Shown here: one piece after another, positions 1 through 12,000 of the stretch
Layout of the letters: each line of letters opens with the position of its first letter
How positions within the stretch are numbered: the stretch's first letter is position 1
Assembly: GCA_043813605.1 (NCBI GenBank)
Contig: JBDRKX010000100.1
Span: 1 to 46,432 of the forward strand
DNA: 46,432 bases
Source of the DNA: Elusimicrobiota bacterium
Lineage (GTDB): Bacteria; CG03; SLGR01; JBDRKX01
Reading direction: 5' to 3'
Made by a program: the position numbers and the translations under genes
Notes under the pieces: model-generated
The model's database searches: none
The model's input: the letters and a program-made list of their open reading frames with translations, nothing else
Told to the model about the DNA's origin: nothing

Positions 1-2
1 CT

Positions 3-3000
3 ATTGAAGTAGAAGAAAAAGCAGTTATAGAAGATTTGGCAGAAAAGATTATAGAAACCGGTAAAGAAATTATTTCTGATCCAATTGCAGAACCTGTTAA
101 AGAAGTAGTAGAAGCAGTTTCTAATATTGTCGTAGGTGAGAAAAAAGTTATTAGTCCTTTTAAAGAGCGTTCAGAAGATGAAATACAGCAGTTGTTTGAG
201 CAGATAAAAGGACATGTCATCAGGATAAGAGGGTATAATGCTATTGAACATCCTGTTCCTAATATATATGGTATTTTGGGGAAGCGCGGTAAACCGCTAA
301 AAACCGTAAAGCTTCCGGCAAAAGGTGATCTTGATGCAAAGGTTACCGAAATAAAAGGTCCTACAAAAGAAGGTAAATTCCTTGCTCAGCTGGAACTATA
401 TGATCCTGAAAATCAGAAATGGGTGGTGGGAGAAAACGAGCACGGTATTACTGTAGGAGAAGAACTTGAACCATTAAATAAATTTGTTAAACCATCACTC
501 AGGTTTGACAGGTTTTATGAAGCTACATTGAAGGTACAGGATGATGATGGAAATTGGATGGATCCAGTATGGAGGGACGGCTCATGGGTGCTGGAAGAAG
601 AAGTTACTGTAGAATTACCTGTAGCGGCTGATCCTTTAGCAAAAGCAGGCCAGGAAGCAGTAGCAGCAGTCGAAAATACATTAAGAGGAACACTTGGAGA
701 AAATCTTTCAAAGAGATTCAATGCATTTATTCTTGAGTCTTCGGATGATCTGGGTGATGTAGTAGAATTAAGCGAGGTATGGGAAAACTTAACTGATGAT
801 GAACATCTGGAAGTAGCCAGGCAGGTGGATTCTTTTATGACAAAGAAACCCGATACTCAGTCGAGGCTGGATATGCTAAAAACCTATTTTAATTCAGGGA
901 ACAGTATGTATATACTCGTGGATACTGAAGGGACAATTAAAGGATTTGCTGCAGCCAATTATGCCATGGATATTGATCTTAGAAAACAGGCTACTCTTGA
1001 TGCTATATATACAGACAGGAAAGATGAAGTTGAAGGGCGCGGTACAATGCTAATGGATGTTTTAGTAAAAGATTTAATAACAAAAAGTATTAAAGAATTA
1101 GCCTGGAGTGCTGCTTTTGGTTCCGTGCCATTTTATATTAATTATCTGAAAGATAGAATGATATATAGGAAAACTGGTGAAATAAGTTTTATAGCTCATC
1201 TGGATACTTATAGGAAGAAGGGCCAGATACTTCTGGAAGAGATCGCGGGCACTTCAGGTATTATCAGGGACATTAGAAGTAAACTTGAGCAGCTTAATAT
1301 TGATATTGAAAATATAGAAAATATTATTGCAATACATGAAAAGCAAAAATATGCTATTCAGGAATTCAGTGATAGAATTGACCTTGTTCTTGAGCTGATT
1401 AAGACTATAGAAGCTGCTACAGGGATTCCGGTTACAATTGATTTACGTGCATCTCTTCTGGAAACCCTCCTTATGAATAATGGTGTTAGTATTATAAGCC
1501 GTATAAGACCTATTAAAGAAAGCAAAAATAAAGTTACAGGCGTATTGAGAAATCTGCAGGCAAGAGGGTTATCAAAAACCAGCGTTTTATTGTATTTAGC
1601 AAACATAACAAAACCAGATGCTCCAATAAAAATAGGAGAAGTTGAAGAGGCGCCGCTCATGATCGAAGAAATAACTTTAACAGAAAGAGATATTGCAAGA
1701 AGTGTGGCGCAGATAGGGATAACAGGGGATGCAGATATTCAGAGAGTTATCGATATGGCCTCTGATTTTAAATCAACAGTTAATCTTATTGATAGAATAA
1801 GCCAGATAAGCAAATTGCTTGAAGCTGTACAGGCAGCTACGGGTGTACCTGATATAACATATTCTTTGAAAGTATCCCTTCTCATAACCCTCCTTGATAA
1901 TAATAAAATAAATATTGATAGATTTATACGGTTAATAGATTCAAACAGCAGTCTTGCTGTAACTATCATATCCAATCTTAATCTTCCTCAAGAGGATGCA
2001 GTAGAATTTCTGACTCTTGTTGATTCAGTAAGGCCTGTGACTAAACCGGTAATAGAACTTGCTTATAAAGATATAAAAGAAGTTACAGCGAGTCTTGAAC
2101 CTGAGATTGTTGATCTCAGCAGTGATGATTACAGTATATTTAGAGAATCAGCGCTTGTTCCGGGAATTACTGTAGATGCATCACAGAGTGTTATTTATTT
2201 GGAAAAAGCTACTAATAAACTGGTAAAGGATTTCACAGTAAGCGGTGTGACCAATGAAATGGTCAGAGAGTTCGTTTCTATAGTGCAGTTATTACGTGAA
2301 GAAGGTTTATCTATTGTCGATATGGAATTAATACAATTTGCAGACGGCAGACTGGGAATACGAATGCCTTTTATAGAGGGGGAACCACTTCTTGCTTTTA
2401 TTGATAAAGGAACTGATGAAAGCGGAGAAGTACTTGTTAATAGGGAAGCTATAGATGCACAAAGGGAAGCATTTGATATCCTTGAGAAAACAGATGAATT
2501 GACAGGCGGGCTTGCTGACAGGCGTGTATCAGGACTATTCTCGACAACTGAAGATTTTGCTAATTTTATCCGGCGGAAAGACGGGAAAATAATAAATATT
2601 GATCCAATAAATATGGATTTTCTTGTAACGAGATTTGTTGCAAGAAAGATAGTGAAAATACTTCAAACCGGATCGGCTCAGGATGTCGCGGATTATTTTC
2701 TGAATGAAGCTGATGAAGCAGAAAGATTCAGATTTCTTCAGGTTCTTGCCCGGGATATGATAGTAGATAATACCAGAGTCAGTCCGCAGGATCCGCAAGA
2801 TATAAAGACATTTATGACTGAATCTGCATATATATTGGGTGAACTTGGAGCAGCCGGTCAGCTTGTAGAAGGTGATTTTATTAGGAGATATGAGCAGACC
2901 GTAGAAGTCATGCTCAAGGTCCTTAATGAAGCGGATTCCGAAGATGTAGAGGCGATAATAGCAGCCTTGAATACTCTTAGAAAGATAAGGCCTGAAACCG

Positions 3001-6000
3001 ATAAGGTAAAAGAAATTGCCCGTAAGGCGGTAAAAAAAGCTGAGGGTAGACTGATAAATATAGAAAAAGAGAAGTTGAGCAAACTTGAGACTACCAGAGA
3101 AAGTGTAAAAAAAGCAGCTAAAAAAGCATTAAATAATCCCGATGCAGAAGTAAAAAATGCAGCAAGAGAACTACTAAAAAGTCTAAGTATCACAGATAGA
3201 ATTCTTGCCAGGTTAAGGGCCATTATGCCTTCCAGGCCCAGGGCACCTACACAGGATCTTCTGAGGTTTCCGCCTGCAGTAGAAAGATTTAATTCTGCAT
3301 TATACCGCGATAAGATAGCAGCAACCCGCAGGAAAGATATGCGTGTGAAGATACGGTCAGAACTTATTGCTGATAATTTTGTAGATCTTGTAGGCGAGAG
3401 CAGGATATCTGATGTAATGAATGATGCATACGAACTGAGAGCACGCGGTATACAGAAAGTACTCGTGATGAATGCTACTGAAGCTGGCGGTGGAGTGGCT
3501 GAAATGATGCATGATGTCATATCCCTTTTCCGGGATACCGGCCTTGATGCTGAATGGCTCGTAATGGACGGATATGACAGGTTTTTTGATGTTACCGTGC
3601 ATATACATGAAGGTATACAGTCTCCCTCTAAAGAAGATCTTACTCAAGAGGAAATATCCATATTTGATGAAGTAACAATAGGTAATTTTGAAAGACTCGA
3701 AAAAGAATTCCTGAAGAATAAAAATACCCGGCCAGATCATTTCTATGTTGAAGATCCGCAGGTAATGGCTCTTATACCTCTTATGAAGGCCTTATATCCT
3801 GATATAAATATTTCGTGGCGGTGCCATATCGACGCATCTACACCTAATAAACAGATAGCCGAATTTGTTAGTGATATGGTAAGCGGCCGGCTGGATCCTC
3901 AGCGTGACAAAGTACTATATAATTATCTCCGTAACCGCCTTGGAATGACCAATGAAAAATTCGCAGAACTGATCGAGGATAACCGGCTTGGTGCGGATAT
4001 TGCATATGTGGCAGGCAGACAATTGCGTGCTGATATAGCAATGTATCATACAGAGGAATTCGCCCTGGGCCTGGGACTTGAAGATAAAGGAGTCCAGACC
4101 TATATAATGCCTCCGGCGATAAACCCTTTCAGTTATAAGAATATACCTCTTTCTGATGCTTTTATCCGCGCAACAATGGAAAAATACGGGCTCTCTTCAG
4201 AAAAATTCACTTTTGTCGAGATATCCAGATTCGACCCGTATAAAGGCCCGCTGGAGATAATACACGGGTTTGCCAGTTTTCTTTTAAGTCAGCCCAAAGC
4301 AGTACAGGAGAAGATACAGCTTGTTTATGCGGGAAACCTTGCTGACGATAATCCTAAGGGTGTACGCGATTTCCAGAAAATCAAAGGGTATTTGGATTAC
4401 CTTGTACAGATGCATCCTGAACTTGAAGGAAAAATATTCCTCTTAGGACTTCAGAATAAAACTGGTGAAGTGGAATTTGATCAAGCTCAGCAGGAAGGGC
4501 TCCGGGAGATCGTATCTATTTCCGAAATCAATAATCTCAATGGGGTAGAGATAAATGCATTGGAAGTTAATGCGCTCCAGCAGCAGCTGGAAATGGAGGA
4601 TTTTAAGACAGGCGAACTGGATTTTAAATTGCCGCGTAAAGTTGCAATACAGCCTTCATCTAAGGAAGGATTCGGATTAGTGGTAACAGAAGCCCTTGCT
4701 AAAGGTACTCTTGCCATAGCTCCGTTGATAGGCGGTATATCAAGCCAGCTTAAAAATCTTATATCCAGGGCTTCATGGCTCGGACTTGAATATCCCGATA
4801 CGGATGTTAAGAGTTCCATCCTGCTTTATGAGAACATGGAAAAGGATCAGCTTGAGAGAAAAGACCTTGATTTTGCAGATGCCTACAAAGCGCTCCAGGA
4901 GAGGAGCTTTGTTTCTTCTTTAGCGGATTCCATGAGAAGAGCATATGAACTGGCTGATACTGATCCTTCAGAATACAGGGAATTAGGACTTATAGCAAGA
5001 AAAGATGCTCTTGACAGGTTTATCACTTTAGCCAATGTCGAGAACAGGCTTGATGTAGTGCATACTATCCTTGAAAGGCCGTATCTTTTTGCAGAAGGTC
5101 CTGAAATATTTGATAAAGAATTTATATCAGGTGAAGTAGAAGAGTTTCCGGTTAAGGGTCCTGTCTTTGATCTTGACGGTGACGGTGAGATCGATGAACT
5201 GTTAGAGAACGAAGATTTTATGGAAGTAGCACTAAGGCAGGCTGTAATGGCGAGCCGCCGCGGCAGAGGGTTCCTCTCTGCTAGGGTGGGAGCAGCTGTT
5301 TCCATAGATGGTCGTTTAGCAGGTAGTAATTACAATAGAAGCAATAGCCAGCTGCATACAGGGCATTTTGCGATATTCGATACATTAATAAACATAGTAG
5401 AGAATTCAGATATGCTTCAGGACGAGAAGGATAACCTCATGCATAGGCTTGTAAGAGTAATAGAATTATCCGAAAATTATGCGGGTAAAGAAGAATATGA
5501 AAAAGATTTCTTAAGGTCTCAAAAATTGCTTAAAGAAGTCGATGACGCGTTAGGTAATCCCATGAAGGATGCAACTATTTATCTGACAACGGGACCGTGC
5601 CCGAAGTGTTCGGCTTTCCTGGCTGATCTGGAAGTAAAGAGAGTCGTATTTGATTCGAAATACCCGCAGCCGGGTGGTCATGAAAAGACAATGCAGATAC
5701 TTAATGATGCAAAAATCGATGTGACAGATAATATCCTTGACGGCCGAACCCGCAGGTTGTCCCGGGGGTATTTCATGATATCGAGGTTTACCGGGATATA
5801 CGGTGTTTTTCAGGATGTAATAAGAAGTATAGAAAAGAGGGATATGGACCGCGAGAGAAAGAAGGTAGTAAAGGCAGTAATAGCGAATTTACAGAGAATA
5901 GAAGGACTAAGTGAGGCCGGCCTGGATGAAATAGAGAGATTTATATCGGATTCCAGGATACTGCTGTCATATGCATCACGCGTGTCTCCGGACAAACTGG

Positions 6001-9000
6001 TTGAAGTCAGCAAAGAAGATGAACAAACCTTTATAGCCTTCCGCTTATCGGATCAGCAATACGATAATCTTTCGGATAAAACGCTCTTTGAACATACTGC
6101 AATGGGTTTATATCAGCAGGTTTTACTGACAAAAGAAGCAGTAAAAGATCTGGCAGATACAGTAGAAGAACGTTTAGTGAAAGGTGAAGAAGCGCCGGCG
6201 CAGGCCGCGAAATCCTCTATGGATGAGGTCGATGAGATACGCAAGACGCTCGCGAGGCTTAAAGATATCCCGGAGGGTGAACCCGATCAGCCGTCAATAT
6301 TTGATAAAGAATTTATATTGGGTGAAGTAGAAGAGTTTCCGGTTGAGGGCCCAGTATTTGATCTTGACGGTGACGGTAAGATCGATGAACTGATAGAAAA
6401 CGAAGATTTCATGGGCGCAGCACTATTGGAAGCCGAAAAAGCAAGCCGTCGCGGCAGAGGAATACTATCGGCCAGGGTGGGAGTCGCTGTCGCTATGCCT
6501 GAAAAGGGTGGGATGTCACTTATGGGCAATGGACATAACAGGGCCGGAAACCAGCTCCATGCGGAGCATTTCGCTATCCTCGATACCCTGAACAACATAA
6601 TAGAGAATAGGGATGATCTTGCGGAGCATAAGAAACAGGAACTAATTGAGAAACTCGTAAGAGTTATCGAAATATCGGAAGATTATATAAGTGAGGATGC
6701 TAAAGAAAAAGATTTTATTAAAGCTAATGAACTCTTAAAATCAGTCGATATGGAACTCGGAGGAGTATTAAAGGATATGGCCCTTTATTTGACGCTGGAA
6801 CCCTGTAACAGATGTTCAGGGATGATATTTGATCTCGGGATAAAGAAAGTCGTATATGCTATCGACGCCGTTAATCCCAAGCATAGCGGGTTGCTCCAGA
6901 AAGAAGGCTCTGGAGTAACAGTAAGAAAAGGAATATTGAGGAACCAGGCTGTGAGTATTAATAAAGGATATATGATATCTACAAAGTATTTTCCAGGACT
7001 CTACAGTTATATACAGGATATTGCAAGAAACTTTGAGAGCTCAAGAAGACAAAGGCAGGTAGACAGATTTAAAGATGCCATATTAAGCAAGCTGGACCTA
7101 ATACCTGATATAGTCGAAACAGGCCAGGTCGACTGGATGGAAAGAGTCGTGGTTAATTCAAGACTCCTGATATCGTTATCTGAGCGCGGGCCTCCTGTAA
7201 GCGTGTATGAAGACGGGTCCATATCAATTAGGTTAAGCTCCCAGCAGATTAAAGAACTCACCTCAAAGAAACTCACAGATGAGATAGAAAATATTCTAAT
7301 AAAATTGTCGCAGGATATTATAAAAATACTTCCTGAAGAAGAACGGATTTTTGAACCTGTGGAAATAGCAAAAGCGGAAGAATTCGAAGAAAAAGGTCCG
7401 AGAATATTCGATGATAAGGGTTTCTTTATGGGTGCCGCGGAGGAAATAGAAGAGGGCCCGCGGTTTGAAATAGGTGACTTTGCAGAACTTGATGATGAAG
7501 ATATAGCGCCCGAATTGGAATTTAAATGGGGAGAAGAAAAAGAAGAGATAATAGACCTGGTTGAAAGAGTTGATGAAGAACCTGCCTCTGTTGAGCCGGT
7601 ACCGGCAGAAGTAACCCCTGTCGCGGAAAAACCCGAATTACCGAGGGAAGAGGTAACTGATGCTGAACAGAACCTGGCGGAACTCCGGAAACTGCGCGGG
7701 CAGGTCGAAGAACTGAAAACAGTATCATCACAGCCTGCTCCGGCAGCTGATAAAACAGAAGTGGAGCAAATACTCTCCAGGTTTGCAGAAGAGAGAGAAA
7801 AAGAGGCTGAGAGAGAAAGTATAGCTCTAAAACAGGCCGAAGATGAAAGAATAGCCGAAGAGAAGAGAATAGCTGAGGAAAAACGTATAGCTGAAGAAGA
7901 AGCGTTGCCCGAAGGTCATAAAAAAATTGAACAGGCCTTAAAAGATATTCCCAGGCTGGCTAAGGACAAGAAAGACAGAATAATAGAGATAGTAATAAGA
8001 GAAATTGAAAATATAAAGACCATAAAGGATCTGGAAGAGAAGCTCAAGGGCGTTTTAGGGAAAAGGACCAAAGCATTCCAGAGTATTCTAGGTATCCTTA
8101 ATCTTGAAGAAGTAGTTACTGTTGTCGCTGAAGCGCCGAAAGAAGAACCTGCTGAAGAAGAAGGGATAGTTATAGAGGGTTATGAATTGAAAGAAACGAT
8201 AGGTACAGGCGGGGTGAGCGAGATCTACAGGGCAGTCCACCGTGAAACGGGAGAAGAAGTTGCCATTAAGGTGACATGGCATGTAGGCGCCATTGATGAG
8301 GAAATAGACAGCGAAAAAACAGTACTAAAAGCAGTAACCGGCTCTAAAAATATATATAAGAACCTGTTCCCGAAATACTATTCCGCAGGCATATGGGATA
8401 AAGATACCGGTGCGCCGTATATTGTCATGGAACTTATCAAAGGTATTACATTAAGCGATTTTATTAAAAAACGCGGCCCGCCCAAAAACAAAAAAGAGCT
8501 CCAAAATACACTGATACTGGCGGTTCAGATACTTGAAGCAATGCGTCTGCTCCATGGGATGAAATGGGTGAACAACGATATAAGTCCGGAAAATGTCCTG
8601 TTACAGGAGACTGATGCGGCAGATTCTATAGTATCGCTGGAAGGGAAAAAGTTTTCACAGATAAAGATGCTGGATTTCGGTATAGCTTCACAGGCTGAAA
8701 AAGAAGGTAAAAAAAGACAGCCTGCCGGCAGGCGCGAATATGCTTCTCCTGAGATGAGGCAGGGGAAATACCCCGGTGTTAAAGGGGATATATACAGTTT
8801 TGGGGCGGTGCTGCATGAATTACTGACAGGAGTAACTCCTCAAGATGCAGAAGCTGGAACAATTGACAAGTTGCCGGAAGAGTTGAAAAATATTATTAAA
8901 AATGCTATTTCCAGTGACCCCGAAACACGCCCGACAGCAGATGATATCATACATAGCATATATGAATACGCTGAAAAGAACGGTATGGATATAAGCCCTG

Positions 9001-12000
9001 CTTTAAGTGAGGCCGAACAGAAAAGACTTGCCGAAGAAAAGAAACTTGCTGCTGAAAAAGCAGAAAAGTTGCGGCTTAGAGAAGAAAAAAAGTTAACAGA
9101 AATAGCCGCAGTACAGAAAACCGCTGCTGTTTTAAGTGAGAAAGGTGTTCTAGATAAGCGGGGTGCTTATATAGATATAAGCCCTGCTTTAAGTGAGGCC
9201 GAACAGAAAAGACTTGCCGAAGAAAAACGGGTAAGAGATGAAAAAAAACTTGCCGATCAGAGAAAAGAAGAAGAACGGCTCAAAGAGCAAAAGAGGTTAG
9301 CTGGAATAGCCGAAATAGAGAAAGAAGCAGCTGTCTTAAGTGATAAAGGTGTCCTGGATAAACTGGGTACTTACATGGTGCTCCTTAATAAATTAAGGCA
9401 GATACTCGGTCTCAGTATGGCTTCAACTGATCCTGATAATATATCACTTAATGTGCAGCTGGAATCACTGGAAAAATTCTATTCGATGATACAGAAATTC
9501 GGGAAAACAAAAATAGAAGCGATAGACCAGCTATTAAGGTTGACTCCGCATAAAGTGCCGGCCGCAGTGTCTCTGCCAAAGGGGTTCAGTTATTTCAATA
9601 AAAATATAGCAGACGATCCGGACCAGAAGGAAGCCCTTGCCCGGGCCCTGGATCAGGAACAAAAACTGCTTCTGGTAAAAGCGGGGCCCGGTACGGGAAA
9701 GACAACTCTTACAGAGGAGATAATAAGACAGTATATAAGAGCGGGTAAAAGGGTGCTGTTTATATCCCATGACCATAAAGCGGTTAGAAACATAGTAGAG
9801 AACTTTGCTGATGACGAGTCTGTGCCTGTATTGAGGCTCGCCAGCGATTTCAGCGCTGATAAATTGAGTGACCAGGAACTGAAAGTCTGGGGTAAAGAAG
9901 GCTCTGAATTGTTTGTGGAAAGGATCAATAGATCCAAAAGAAACGGATTCGTGTTTGCCGCCACAAATATCAGGAGCAAAACGGATTCCATAATAAGAAG
10001 ATTCGGCGAAGCGGGGCAGTTAAAATTTGACCTTATAATACAGGACGAGGATTCAAGGACAGACGTCCCGACAGCTCTTGCACCGCTGACCAATCTCGAT
10101 AAAAACGGGAAGATAATACGGATAGGGGATCATAAACAGCTGCCTCCACCTCTATCAAGGGGAATAGATCTCAGGAAGAATCCCGAATTCGGTGTCATGG
10201 AAGAGAGTCTTTTCGCAGAACTGGTAAGACATCTTCCTTATGTCGAATTGAGAACGAATTACAGGGTCAAACCTGAAAGCAGAAAAATACTGGAACTCTA
10301 CAGCCGGCTGTTCTATGACGGTAAACTTAAGGTACACGAGCATGTGCCGGACGAAAAACTGGATCCGGAAGCGCTGCAGATACTGGATATGGCATCCAGA
10401 GAAAAGATAGATAAAAACAAATCGTATTTTAACACAAAAGAAGCAGATACGGTACTTAAAAACATTAAAAAATACTTAAAGGAGTATGCACCTGAAGATT
10501 TTACGGTGATCACGCCGTACCAGGCGCAGAAAGATCTGATAGAGAGAAAGCTTAAAGAGAACGGTATAGAAAGTATCCAGGTAACGACGATTGATGCATA
10601 CCAGGGCGGAGAGAACAAGGTAACACTATTATCTTTAGTAAGGAGCAATACTGAAAAGAGGATAGGGTTCTTGAAAGATCTGAGAAGACTGAACGTATCG
10701 ATATCAAGGGCGCGGGAAAAACTCATAATCATAGGCGATTTCAAAACTCTTACCAATGCCGTATCTAATGAAGAGGACAGGCTTGCAAGCGGTGTTTTCA
10801 GGAATATAAGAGGGTCAAAGGCCGCCGCCCCTTCCCTGTTCGGGCAGTTAATGGATTATCTGCCTATAATAAGAACGGCATTGCAGGGTAAAGAAAGTCT
10901 TGCGGCCATAGTCGCAAAAGCCCTCGGACTGGAACTTCCTGCTCTGATCATTCTGCCTGTCAAAGTCCATCGCCTTATCTTTGATGCTGTCCGGGGTTCG
11001 GTAGAGAAGCCGAAGGTAATAAAGATCAAGAAGACACCTGCGGCAAAACTTGATGGAATGGATATCATAGAGAGAAGTGTCGGGGAAAGTATAAACAGGC
11101 TGGAGGAACAAGGTATTGAGCTTCAGGGGATAAAAGGCATAGAGATAATCAGGGGGCCTCCATTAGAAGGAACCGGCCGGTTCATAACATGGACAGAGGA
11201 CGGCATTATCCTTGTACATGAGAATTTTATAACATCATCGGAAGCCGGTACCATAGATATAGCCCTGGAACATGAAGCGCTGGAATATAACCAGTATAAC
11301 GCCCGCCTGGAACAGCTGAAGAAAGAAAGAAAATCCCAAAAAGAAATAGAGGATATCCTTGCAGAGGAGTTCACTCTGTGGCATGAGAGTGCTTATAACG
11401 ACATCCTTGAAAGGATCGATCAGAAGATACAGAAACAGGAAAAACTGCTGGAAGACCTGAAGAAAGAGGAGTTGCCGCCGGCAGAAGAGATAGCGCCTGT
11501 ACCGGAAGAGATCGAAGAAAAGAAACCCGAAAAACCTGTTGAAGTCGCACTGAAACCTGAAAAAGCTCCTTCAGTTGAAACGGTTCCTGAAATGGGCGGA
11601 TACGAACTGGAAGTAGGAGCCAGGGTAAGGGAATACCTGAGTGTGAAATCAGCGCATCATCTGCTGGGATATTTCCTGGAGCGGGCGGATGCCAGGGAAC
11701 AGAAAGTCATCCTCGATATAATCTTAAACCTTACTAAGGACCGGACAGAAGCGCTGAAAGACGCCTTTAATAAGAAAGTGACAATGGGATCGAGTTCGGC
11801 GTGGATACTCGGAGAACTGGGTTCGATCGACAGGCTGGATATATACAAAGAAAGAACAGTCAGCGCGCTTCTTGATATGCTGGATGATAAGAGCGAAGGG
11901 AATGTGCTCGGACGGGAGATGGCGCTTCTGGCACTGAATAAGATAGGAGCTAAAGGCGCTGAAGTAAAAAGATATGCCAGGGAAGCGCAATCTGACAGTG

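Larger units (their letters stand above)
5106..7330 (+). repeat. Tandem duplication with a 1191 nt (397 aa) period: DxDxDG motif + deaminase + helical/alpha-beta tail
   Basis: Highly similar DNA starting at 5106 and 6297 (atatttgataaagaatttata...gatcttgacggtgacggt.agatcgatgaactg...aacgaagattt). A faint third leader lies near 7395 (GPRIFDDKGFFMG). Confidence 0.9.

Noticed and set aside
6405..6980. ribD or tadA housekeeping gene call
   Set aside because: There is no RibD reductase domain, the segment is an internal domain with a large insertion, and the substrate cannot be assigned. No gene symbol is given.
5106..9226. Direct repeats as a possible CRISPR array or mobile-element ends
   Set aside because: Each has only two copies, in frame and coding. 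There is no repeat-spacer periodicity and no cas, transposase or integrase motif.
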